Below, in pieces: positions 36,543 to 48,602 of a stretch of DNA of 48,602 nt. Within the stretch, counting starts at the first letter, position 1; the number at the start of each line of letters is the position of its first letter. Under the pieces are notes generated by a model. That model was not told the origin of the DNA, did no database searches, and worked only from the letters and a program-made list of their open reading frames with translations. Origin of the DNA: Conidiobolus incongruus B7586 (lineage: Eukaryota). Made by a program: the position numbers and the translations under genes. Location: the NCBI GenBank assembly GCA_000697335.1, contig JNEM01006243.1, positions 1-48,602 of the forward strand, read 5' to 3'.

Positions 36543-39500
36543 ATGGCATATGCGGAAGGAACTACTAGTATAGTAAATTTATATCAAGATTTACCTTTGA
36601 TAGATGTTATCAATTCAAGATCTCGTTCGAATTCTAACCTATCTCAAAGTTCACAATCTAACGAACCAAATATTCGCGAGCAAACCAGTCCTAGACCAGC
36701 TCCAGTCACCCCAACTATAAACACAAAGAATTTGGAAAAACCCAATCGAAGAAGGTCAAGTTCTGTATCTCAATCCGGATTTCATCCTGCTACAATGCAA
36801 CACTCGATGTCAAGTCCTGCTTCTTACTACTCACCTCAGCAATATCAGACCAATACGTCAAAATTACCTAATGACAGAGATATTATTGGAATGATACTTT
36901 CGCCTAACGGTGCTTGGTTTTTGATTACTTGGTCTAATTCGTCAGTAGAGATATGGATATCACAAGTATGTCCTGTAAAAATTTATATAATTTAAAAATG
37001 ATATTAACTATTTTGAATCTAGACTTGTACATTAATAGGCCAACTTACCAGGACTCGGGAATCAGTCTCAAAGGATGGTACAAATCAGTTGGTTATATGG
37101 AACGAAGATTGTAGCCAATTTGTGATACAAGTATATAACATTCAATCATATCTCAATGATTTTATCTCATTATTTCTATAGACAAGTAAAGGATATCTTA
37201 ATTTTTATCAAATTTCAGGTATCCAAGATCTGATTCCACTACCACTCAACAGCACTCAAAACAGCCCTCAAACTCCACAGCAATTATCTAACCTGGGCAT
37301 TGATAATACCTCATCATGGTTGCGAAGTCCTGGAAAGCTATTCTCAATAAAGTTTATCCATCAAATCAAAGTGGATCAAGGAATTTTCTGCACGATTAAT
37401 TTTGAAGACAATTTGCTTGTGTCGACATACAAGAATCCTTCTATTCTGTGCTATGATTGGAAGGATAAACTACTCCTCAATGCTACAGTACTTAACGACG
37501 AAGTAAAGTTTCTTGAACCACCCGGAGTCATGATCCTCAAAATTGAATATGATAAATTTCAAAATTTGCTCGTACTTCTCTCATCCGATGGACAAGTGTA
37601 TCTGACTCGTCGTAAACTAGTTCTTAACGCATTCGAAGCTGACTCACCTTATCAGATGCAAGGAGTCAAAGTTCACACTTCTGATGGCTCAAAAAACTTA
37701 TTTGCATCTAATATCGCACTGAATACAAAGTTCTTTTTGATAGCAGTTGGTACCAAAGGGTAAAAAAAACTTATTACTATCATCAAATCAATTGCTAACA
37801 AATTTAATTAAGTGATACAGTTATAATTTACTCTTACAGTAAATCAGCATCCCAGCCCCAGCAACTTTTTTCTATTACGATAGGCGGTTGTATTACAAGC
37901 TTAGCATGGTCTAATGACGGCGAATGTCTTGCAGTAGGGTCTTCAACAAAAGGGGTCTCATTATTTGATTTATGTGGCAATTCTACACTAAATACTGCAC
38001 AAATTAATTATGTTTTATCGTAAGTGGGATCATTCAAATAATTCTTTGCATTTTATATCTTATAATTCCTCCTTATAGCGAATCAACTGAATCCCTTGGA
38101 GATAACCATATATCAAGTGTAAGATTTTTGGTAAGATAAATTCAAATTTACAATAATTTAATATGTTTGATTTCATTAAATGGCAAATATTTAGGCATTT
38201 TTCCCTGATGGCAACAAGCTTATGGTTGTACCAAACTTGGACGAGGAAAGTGGCAAATTTACAATTTTACCGCTTACTCGACCCGCTTTTGTGACAATCC
38301 AAACTACAGACAACTTGACAAATCCAGCACTATTTAATGGAGGATCTGTGACATTGCAGTTATTCAAACAACTACCCAATGGCTCTATCAACCCTGATTA
38401 TTTGCCTCATACAACGCAAGTAAATATCATATAACAATGTTGTAAAATTTCTGTTTCTAATTATTGGTTAGATTCCTTTAGAATATTTTTTAGAACATGC
38501 ACCTATTCAAGTAAGTTTTAGTGAATTTTTTTTTCAAAAATAATTAATTTGAATTTTAGTATGTGAGTTTAAGTGAACGGGGGACTTACCTTGCTGTGAG
38601 TGGACAGCGAGGACTCATACATTATAGTTTAATCACTAAAAAATGGAAAATGTTCAACAACCGACTTCAAGAACGTAAAATGCATGTATGCGGTGGTATA
38701 GCTTGGTATCGACAAGCCATTATTGTTACCTGTCAGGTTATTGGTACGGATAGCTACCAGCTTCGCCTCTATCCTAGAGACCAAAATTTAGATGATAACA
38801 AGATCATATATTTGTTTGAGTTTAAATCCAAGCCAATTTATATTAATCGAAACTGGAACTACTTGGTTGTTTATACAAGTGATAATATTTTGAATTTTTT
38901 CGAACTGATACAAAATTCCTCTGGTAAGTTTTGAAGGCTGACAATTATATGCTTTCATAAATTAATATATTTCGAAATAGGCTTAGTAAGTAATGCTGAA
39001 TTAGTTCAAAGAATCTCACTATCGAAAATTGTGAAAGTACCACAAACAGTTCGATATATCAACTGGTTTCAACAAGACCTTAGATCGCATTTCCCGACTT
39101 TATTTATTTTATGCTCTGATATTCTCCAGATTTTCACACCAGAAACTGTTAAAACTGCTACTTCAAGCAATTTGCAATATAAAATGTATCAAATAGCACA
39201 GCATATTGATAATTTTAATATTATGGATCGTTATATCGCAGGCATTCACTTTTTAATTTGGGGATATCATAGAGGTCACATCAGGATTTGGTACAATATT
39301 AACCTTAACACAATTTCTTCGGATGACGATGATCAATCAATTGAAGAAACTAAACCAAATATAGACTTTCACGAATCAATGACTATTGATGTTCCTTTCA
39401 GACCACTCAATTTTGAACTCGAACAGGGTCTAGTTTTTGGTATCGAAACTAACTTCCATGAAAATCGACAAGTTCCGGGAGTTTCTTTCACTCACAGTTC

Positions 39501-40663
39501 CAGAGTAAATTATTTTATTTAACTTTCTCATTAATTATGCTAATCTTTAAATAATAGAGTTATTTGGTATTCCATAAAATAATATATAACTTAATTAAAA
39601 TAGGGTATCTTAATATAATTCAAAAAATTCATTTCATTTAATTAATATTTAAAACCTTTTAGACACTATGATTTCGCCTATTTGATAGCTAGACATTATG
39701 AAAGATTCGATTATTTTTCCCACGGTCTAGAAATTTTATTACATGATTGTCTTGAAGATAATCAAATTAATGATGAATCTAACTCGAATTCCAATGTCTT
39801 GAATGATGTTATAAACCTCATTCAACAATTCCCCTGTGCTTTGGAGACTATAGTTGGATGTGCGAGAAAAATCGAAATTGCTCTTTGGTCTAAACTTTTT
39901 GCTATTGTTGGATCTCCCTATGACCTTTTTAATGTGAGTTTTGTAATACTTTCGAGAATTTTTTATTTATTATTTTGTTTAGGCTTGCTTGGAAAAGAAT
40001 CAACTTACAACAGCTACTTCTTATTTGATAATTTTACATACTTTGGAAAATGATCAAATCAGTAAAACTGTAAGTGGGTATTACTCTGTGTAGTTTATTA
40101 TTTCTAATCAAATATTCTAGTCAACTTTAAAATTGTTCAATCGAATTATACAATTAAGAGATTTGGAGGTATTTCAATGAATATATTTTTGATTTATCAT
40201 TGATATTTATTCTTTTCGATTTTAGTTATTCAAGGATTTGGTTAGATTTTTAAAACGTATAACTGGTTATGACACCCAAAAAATAATGGAAATTTATATA
40301 AATCCGAGTAAAAACTGCATTCATGAATCTCCAGATTTAGAGGCTAAAAACGCAATCATACCTAAAACCCAACTAGTTAATGGTACTTTAGATAATGAAA
40401 CACATACAAACCCCACAAATTCCAACCCTCCCACTATATCTACCAATTATTTGGTGTTGAATGGTGTTTCTAATGGAAATGATGACTATGTCTTTGACTC
40501 TCCTGTCACACTTGAGAAACAACTTCCTGATGTCATACCTGAAGAAGATATTAGTTATTATGAAAATCCAGGGACTTTAAAACCTCCGATGCCAGCCAAG
40601 ATTGCGCCAAACGAAAAGTGCAGTACTCCCTCATCGTTTGAGACTGATTCATCCAATTTTTAA
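36543..40663 (+). CDS. RIC1: Ric1 (Ypt6/Rab6 GEF subunit; WD40 + RIC1 domain), multi-exon
   Basis: WD-like SLAWSNDGECLAVG, GTYLAVSGQRGLIHYSLITKKWKMFNNRLQE, YFSHGLEILLHDCLE, FPCALETIVGCARKIEIALWSKLFAIVGSPYDLF, TATSYLIILHTLE, DLVRFL. Confidence 0.93.
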
Positions 40664-41284
40664 GACACATCGATTAAATCATTTTATATCATTTAATACA
40701 GTCATAAATTTATTATTATCATTATACTTTATCTTTTTCTATATTTACATTTTATCAAGTCATTAAATATTTGATTCTTCAATGTTAATAATTCATTTAT
40801 AATTAACAGCTTAATAATAAGTTATTTTTTCTAAATATTTAATTTACTTATATCAATTAATTAAATGGTAAAATGTCAAAGTAAATCTGGTAAGGAGATA
40901 ACACATTTGATTGTTAATATCTGCTTAGACATAATATATTGTTTATTTTTGTTCTAATAAACTAAAAGAACTTGCTCTCTTGTTTATATACATTGATAAT
41001 AGGTATTAAGAAATTTAAATTTTACACATTTTATCAAATATATTAATTTTTAAAAGTATGAACCCAATCAACTATACAAATTAATCAGTTAATTAATCAT
41101 CTTTTGTTAAGAGTCAATATAAAAAAATAAATCATTAAAAAGTAATTTTGATATATTAAATATCATTTAATTAGATATATAATATATCATTATTGACAGT
41201 TTCAAGCATATAAAAATCATATGCCAAGGATATAAAAGTACTATAACTTCTTTAAATTTATCGCTTTATTGTGTTCATTTTAGT

Positions 41285-41923
41285 ATGGCTAGTTTTTATG
41301 GTATTTAGAATCAAATATTAATATATTATTTTTGTTTGATGAATTAATATTACAAAATTATTAGGATTTGTTGCTAATGAACAAGATGCAGAAATATTAA
41401 TAAGTTAATAATAATTAATTTTAAATTAGAAATTGATTCTTATTGAACAAGCTTTGAAATTTAGAAGCCATTCAATTAAACCTAATCCCTCTAGTCACCA
41501 ACCGATTAACCACCAAACAACAGCAAAGTATCCAATCTGGATACGTGTACATTTATCAACCTCAAACCACCAATATTACAAGATGGACAGATGGAAAAAA
41601 TTGGTCATATTCCAAAGAATATAAGAATTTTTTATTTTATTGGGAATTAGATACTTTTCCACTGACTCAAATGGACCAATTTCAACTATCTGTAAAACGA
41701 GGCAATTGCAACTATGGATTCAAATTAAATGGATTAATTAAAACTACAATTAAATTGATGTACAATGGTATTGAGTATAAAATTATTTCTTATTTTACGA
41801 AAGAAGGTAATTTTATTGGACAAGTGCTGATATTTTATTGATTTATGTATTTTTTTAGATATTTGTACTGGAAAGCTAATGACACCTTCTCAATATTTCC
41901 AATTCAACCATTTATTAATTTAG
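41285..41923 (+). CDS. Gti1/Pac2 (WOPR) family DNA-binding protein, domain-only, ~153 aa, 4 exons
   Basis: Exons 41285-41300, 41365-41403, 41465-41806 and 41859-41923 splice to MASFYGFVANEQDAEILIKAIQLNLIPLVTNRL..IQSGYVYIY..ITRWTDGKNWSYSK..NFLFYWEL..GLIKTT..IISYF..DICTGKLMTPS. Confidence 0.85.
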
Positions 41924-44900
41924 GTTTCTTAGTTTTTTATTATATTAGCATTAGTATTATTATTAGATCATAATATATTCATAGAATATAGAATAAATTT
42001 TAATTATTATTAACTTGATTTTTTATTCCTTTTCTATTAACTAAAAGTATTTTATATTTTTAACAATATATATGTTTCAACCCCTATTAAAAATTAAATA
42101 AATTAATCAATCAATAATTAATCTGATAAGAATAATATAGGATTATAATGATCTTTATATATTTTTTACTTAAGCTTCAAATTACATCCCAATTAATTTA
42201 ATATTTCATGTAATATTGTTACGAAATTGTATGTTGAGTTCTTGAAGAGGTATATAATTTTAAAGATATAAATTTTCATATCCCTGATTTGAGGATTCAA
42301 CTTTTGGTATCAGATATGAGAAAATTGTACGAAGCAATTATAATAAGTTCTTATTGATTATTTATACAACTTACAAGGAAATATGAGATTTGTTGTTTTA
42401 ATCTTTAAAAATAGTTTAATTATTATATTTTAAAACTATTGTAGTAATGCTACTTAAAATACTAATTTGAAATTACTTAAAAAGCGTTTTGATTAACTTA
42501 ATCAAATATAACTATATCAATCAATTAAATCATAACCATTCACTTTATAAAAATATTTATAGGTGTATATATCTGATGAAATCATGCATTACCAGTCAAA
42601 TTTTTGAATCAAAGTTTCTTGATCAATTTGTTGATTCTATTAGAAAACTATATGCAACTTAAAAATTTAATAATCGAAAAGCTTTTGATAGGTGTATTTA
42701 GTTTATCTATAGATTTTCACAAACTAATTAATTATTGCTATTTGAGGGTGAGAGTATTCAAAATTCTTTAGAACGGAATCCAGTTAGGACAGAATAAAAT
42801 TATCAACTTAAATAAGCTAGTATTCAATATTTTATGCGTCTATTTCGTCAAAATGGGATACTTTAATAAATGCGTAGCTAAACCATTCATTAAGTTATTA
42901 TAATTTTATTGGCAAATTTTTGAGATAGTGTCTCATTATTAAAATATATATGTATATAATAAAAATTTTATTTATATAATGTATCTTGTTCAAATAATCA
43001 TAAATGATTGAATACCTATTCATAAAATAATAAAATGAAGTACAATTTTTGAATAATAATTTATATAGAAGTTTAACTATTCAAAAAATAATGTGTGACT
43101 GATTTGATATATTTCCAGTTTAATTTTTCAATCCTATTATATCATATGAAGTTTAATTGTCAAATAATATTACATTTTCTATTTTTATTTTTTAATAATG
43201 AATATCATTCGAAATTAATTTAACCTTATATTATCGATTCATTTTATATAAAAGTCTTTATTAATCATTTTCATTGATTCATTAATTTAAAATTATAAAA
43301 TTAGCCAATACCGAAATATAATATTGTTTTATTAGAATTAAAATAATAAAAGAGCAAAATGAATTCATAGCCTATTCCTATTTATTAAATTGACTCTATT
43401 TATTTTAATAAATTGTTCAAGTTATTGGAAAATGATTATTAAATCATTCTATATTAATTCAGATAAATCAATCACCAGTCGTATTTTAAATAACAAAACT
43501 ATAACTTTGTGAATCTTAAAAGATTTACAAACTGGGCAAAACTGTTTTACTACCACTTATTGGGTATTGTCAAGTGACTTGGAATTTTAATTTCTTTTTC
43601 GGCTGGGAATAGTGGTTTAGTTGAATTTGAAATTGGAGATTATTTTTGAGGCTAAATTTGTGATATATATTAATGGATTAGTTGAATTATAATCAATTTA
43701 TTATTATTATTTAGTAAAAATTAATAGTTTATACCTTTAATGAATATATAATGTTTTTTTAATATTAGAAAAATAACCACCTATTCATCTATCCTTAAAA
43801 CAGCAAATAATTAGAACTTATACTACTTTAAATATTATTAATTTTATGATATGTAATTGTGACAACAATTTTAAACAAGATATAAATAATGATACAAAAT
43901 AAGTAATTATATAAATGCTATTTTAACCAAGTACTAATAATATCCTTAATATATTTTGATAAATAGAAATAGCTAACTGAGGCTTTGTTGGATGATTTAA
44001 AGATGTTTTAAAAGATGATCAGTTAAAATATTGGTAATTCAGTATTTTTCATATTTATACTAATAGAGATTGTGAATATTATTATGCATATATTTAACAT
44101 CATATTATTAAAAATGATATTTATGCTAGTTTACATAAAAAGTAGAATATACCCCAGATTTGAATGATATATTAGTTAAATACTCCTATTAAAAAGTAAT
44201 GTTAATAAAATTAAAAAATTCATTTAATTATTAGGAAAAATTAAATATAATCGCGATAAATATGCTAAGAATAATTGTATAATTAATCCAAATAAGTGTT
44301 ATTATATATATCATCAAATAGATACCATTGATACAGAGTATGTATAAATAATATTTTAAAATACTTTTTAATTATACTAATTTTTGATGATATTTGAATT
44401 TAATGTTAAGACATTAAATTAGGATTAGAAAATTTCACAAAATTAAATCCATTAAATAGAATAATCTGGATTATTATAATCATTAATGATGAACAATATT
44501 TATTCCCTTTATTAATTAATGCAACCAAAAGTAACATTTATTTCAATTTGCATAAATTGGATTAAATAAATTTTCAACTGTACTATAATTTATATCTATG
44601 ATTATAATTTAAATGAATAGATATATATTCAAGTATATTCATATATATTGAAATGTCCTAACAAAGTCTTTATATAGATAAAATTAAATTTGTAAGAATA
44701 TGTTTAACAAGCAATGATAATGCTAAAGCTCTTGAATTGGATAAAAGTCTAGATAAATGCCATAATACAATTATTCTGAACCATTTTACCCACCAATTAA
44801 TAAACAATTTAAGTTTTTTAATTCACATTTTTAAAGTTGAATGAATATTTATATAATAGTGTGACAAATCGCAGTTTCGTATATAAATGAGTTTAAATGA

Positions 44901-46282
44901 CTAATCAAATTTTAAAATGCTAATATAGTCCAATCAATATGAGATATTCACTTATTATTTATTTGAATTTTAACGGATAATAAAAATTTTGCTTAAGCTC
45001 CTTCTACTTGATATTTGATTACAACAATAAACAAAAATCTTACTTTTGTTATCTTAAGATTGATTGGCTTGCAGATGATCAAGATTGAAAAAAATAGATA
45101 ATTCATCTTGATCAGCTTCACCTACTTGAAAAGGTATACTTGAAATAATAATTGGTGTTTTAATTGAATCAACATTAGAACTTAATATGGAAATTATTCA
45201 ATTAAGCTAAGTAAATAGGATTAATGTTAAAATATTTGTATTCACTATTAACCCGAGTTGCGTTTGGTAACTTCGAATTTAAGGGGGAAGAAAATCAACA
45301 TGAATATGAAGTAAAAGTTACATTTTTTATGTAGCTCATAAAACCATTATATAATTTTATGTAATTTAAATGGACAGTATCTATAAACATTGAATACTCA
45401 ATCCAATAATATCGTTTGACCAATATTTGTCATTTATGATTAAGACAATATTTTAGTGTTATTTTGGTAGTTTAATCACTCTACTAAGCTTTGTCCTCAA
45501 TTTTATCAACATAGGATACATTATAATATAACTTATAAAGTATTTTAAACTAATAATTTCTGTTAGACTAATCTATGTTAAATTGAATACATATTTAAAT
45601 ATTGGCTCTAGATTATATTGAATTATATTTCTGATCAGGTTTAAATTTAGTTTATTGATTCTAAAATTTTCAAAACTTTATTAAGTTAATTCCATTAGAA
45701 CTTAACTTGGTCAATTTCGCCAATTCAATAAAGAAGAAAATTATTTAATATTTAACAACAGGATTAAGGAATTGAATTATTACCACCCCCTATCATACAC
45801 ATATTGTTCACTAAGATTTATCCTAAAATATCTAAATTATTGATTTCAATCTTCATTCAACTCATTGGTAAAATGATCCACTAGCGTTTCCTTTGTTTTA
45901 ATTTGATTGGCCCTTCATCTAACTCAATATGAATCCCTGAATTGTTAAAGCAGTCCTATTAAGTCAATCTAGGTCATATGAATATATTCTTATAATAATT
46001 GGCTACTTTTATTGATCCAACCAATTATATTGTCAATGGATCAATATAGTTTAATTACCATATATTTGATGTTATTCATAAGTCAAGAAATTACAGTATA
46101 TAAACTGGCCAAGTATATGGATTTCATTGAGAGAGTCAAAACCCTCAAATTTTTATTTCATATTTTACCAAGTCAGCAATACCAACTACTAACCACTGTA
46201 TTACTCCCACTCAGTTATCTGAATTTTCCTTCAATTATTACAAATTTATATTACTATTTATTCAGCTTTAACTATTAAAACT

Positions 46283-47206
46283 ATGGAATGCGCTATGTTT
46301 GACAATCGCTCAGATTGCAACCTTTACTCTTTTGCTGAACCTCACCCAACTATGGTCACAAATATTGATCCATGTACCGCCGCTGCTTTGAATACTTATT
46401 TAGATCCAACGTTAATTAATTGGGACGTGTCATATATTGACCCCCTGATCAAAATGGATCCTACCTCTGTCACTTCCCAAGATTCGCCTCAGCTTCCTGA
46501 ACCTTCTCTTACACCTATGTTGCCCCCGATTGACTCGGGAATGATTCTTTCACCATCTTACCTACCCCCTCCACTTTTAATTCCTCCTTTTAGTTCGACA
46601 ACGAACTTGACTCCACCATCAGCTGAATATCTTCCCATTTTCTGGGATAAACAGCCTCAACTCAATCAGTCTATGTTATCGTTTTCCAGCGAAGGAGATT
46701 CATTATCTCCTCTGAATGCCGCTCACATGATAAATTCGCAGTCTAACATAGCATCTTCTCCACAAAGCGTGGATTCTCCTCCACAGAGTTCTCAGATAAG
46801 GGTGGGCTCTCTACCACCTGAAGAGCTTGTCAAATCTTCAGAAGCCCCTGTGGAAAGAAAAGCTAAAAGCACAAAACATCTACGTCGTCATACCATCTCA
46901 ACTAGCACAGTTCTAGCTCAGCGTAAGCCTTCTGCTTCAGGAGGTCGCACTCGCAGATCAAGCCAGAGTTTAACTTCTGAAGAGATTGAGGCAAAGAAGT
47001 TGGCGCGTTTGGAGCGCAACCGTGTAGCTGCCTGTAAATCCCGCCAGAAGCGCAAGATGCTCACTGACGACCAACTCACTGCACTTAAAATATTAGAGGA
47101 TGATACAGCTAAAATTGAGGAGCAGAATATTCTTCTTCAGGCAAAATTAAATGCTTTGACTGAAGCCCTCAACCTTCGTCGATACAATCCCAACCAAAAG
47201 AATTAA
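46283..47206 (+). CDS. bZIP transcription factor (ATF/CREB-like)
   Basis: Basic region KKLARLERNRVAACKSRQKRK followed by a leucine heptad. Pro/Ser-rich N-terminus. Confidence 0.92.
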   Translation: MECAMFDNRSDCNLYSFAEPHPTMVTNIDPCTAAALNTYLDPTLINWDVSYIDPLIKMDPTSVTSQDSPQLPEPSLTPMLPPIDSGMILSPSYLPPPLLIPPFSSTTNLTPPSAEYLPIFWDKQPQLNQSMLSFSSEGDSLSPLNAAHMINSQSNIASSPQSVDSPPQSSQIRVGSLPPEELVKSSEAPVERKAKSTKHLRRHTISTSTVLAQRKPSASGGRTRRSSQSLTSEEIEAKKLARLERNRVAACKSRQKRKMLTDDQLTALKILEDDTAKIEEQNILLQAKLNALTEALNLRRYNPNQKN

Positions 47207-48602
47207 GTTATTATATATACATTTACATATATATATTATACTATTGATACTGTATTTGAACCCAATACATATTGATAGCTAAATAACCGAAATCTTTGAT
47301 TTAAAGAATCACCATTATCCCAACTGTATAAAATATAATAAATCACAATTACAAAATTACTACTATAAAAATAATTATCTATTACTGCAAATTGATTTTT
47401 CCATTAATTTTATCAAAATTTTACATCAAAACCCATAGAATCTCCTTATTTCGCTTGCAAACTAATCCCATTTTGTCAACAACAGTCTTTTAGTACAGCA
47501 CATTTTTTATTAGTTGAAAACCAATCCTGATTGATAAATTAACTATTCGAGTAACTATGTGAGGTTATTATGTTACCTGTATTCTATTATTGAATAACTT
47601 ATTACGTAGCAGTGATTGGTTAATAAGTTTGATGAATTCACTTTATGACAACGATCTCAATTTCTTTAATATAAAAAAGGAAGCTTTCAATTGGTTCAAC
47701 TGAATGGAGAGAGGGAGCTGAAACTTAATATAAAATTAATCATTTCCTCAAAACTTAGTGCTTATGAAATCAGTATCAATTCTTCATTCAATTAATTAAT
47801 ATGTTTGACTTGTTTCATTTATATTGATAGTTAAATACTATAAATATATTTGCAATAATAATAACTACACACTTAGTATAGTGATATACTATATCATTTA
47901 GTTATTATATAATAAAGTTTGGTAATATATTAATAGTCATACAATCTAACTGTATATATTTAAGCTTAAATAAAAAAACGGTTGAATTATTTCAGTTTAG
48001 TCAAAAAAGAGTTTATACACAATTGATTCAAATAATGAATCCAAAAATAGCATGAATAATCGTCCAATTTAACATATAATTTATATGCGTGCAATTTTAC
48101 CCAACTTTGATCAGTTTATATTATTTAGTTTAATATAAAAAAATTCAATATTTGTAGTTAAAATGGTTGGTTCTTTATTATTCAAATATATATATATATA
48201 ATTATATACATATATATTTAATTACGAATAATTTGAATAGAAAATTATGAAAATTATCCATAAGAATTGAACGTGTAATATAAGTAAAAGTTACATACTA
48301 AATCATGAAACTTAACTCAATTTAAAGAATTTTTATACCATTAAAATATATTATACAAAGAAGAAATATTAAATGATAAATTAGTAAAAAATCAATCAAA
48401 CTATTAGAAAATTATCTATTTTAATTGAAAAAAAATTATGATATTTAATTAATTTTAAATTTTTATTAATTAATATTTAAAACAGATTTACTTTTTAATT
48501 AAAAGTTATAATTTTATTAATATTTTATTTTGATTAAATTATATGTATAATTCAAATAAGAAGAAAAAAGAATATTATTATTATTATTTAATTATTTTAA
48601 TT

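Noticed and set aside
46012..46278. 88-aa ORF just upstream of the bZIP gene
   Set aside because: TTG start, AT-rich promoter/5' UTR composition and no homology cues. Cannot be supported as a gene or uORF.
1..48602. CRISPR array, rRNA, or intact transposase/reverse transcriptase
   Set aside because: No regularly spaced repeats, rRNA-like segments or intact TE ORFs seen.

Overview
Very AT-rich eukaryotic DNA with short (~45-65 nt) GT-AG introns and fungal gene content. It is most consistent with an early-diverging fungus (Entomophthoromycotina-like; inference). Apparently intact genes: a C2H2 zinc-finger TF, tRNA-Glu(TTC), an Shg1/BOD1-like gene, Pex26-like, a motif-degenerate SDR, SPC2, MIM1, Tag1/DUF3712-like, a small secreted Tyr-rich protein, MKT1, RIC1, a minimal Gti1/Pac2 (WOPR) protein and a bZIP TF. 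An atypical tRNA-Gln(TTG) is also present. The main result is absent from the ORF track: two hypermutated relics of a Fanzor2/TnpB-type RNA-guided nuclease element (~170-1314 and ~21030-21640). In both, the Zn-ribbon/RuvC-III C-terminus is recovered mostly by reverting G>A and C>T changes, and they share a ~110-nt structured non-coding 3' segment (candidate omegaRNA/right end). A pseudogenised ankyrin-repeat/chitin synthase fusion (15310-20365) and a zone with a RIP-like dinucleotide signature (~21850-25120) flank the second relic. All assignments are by eye, with no database searches.
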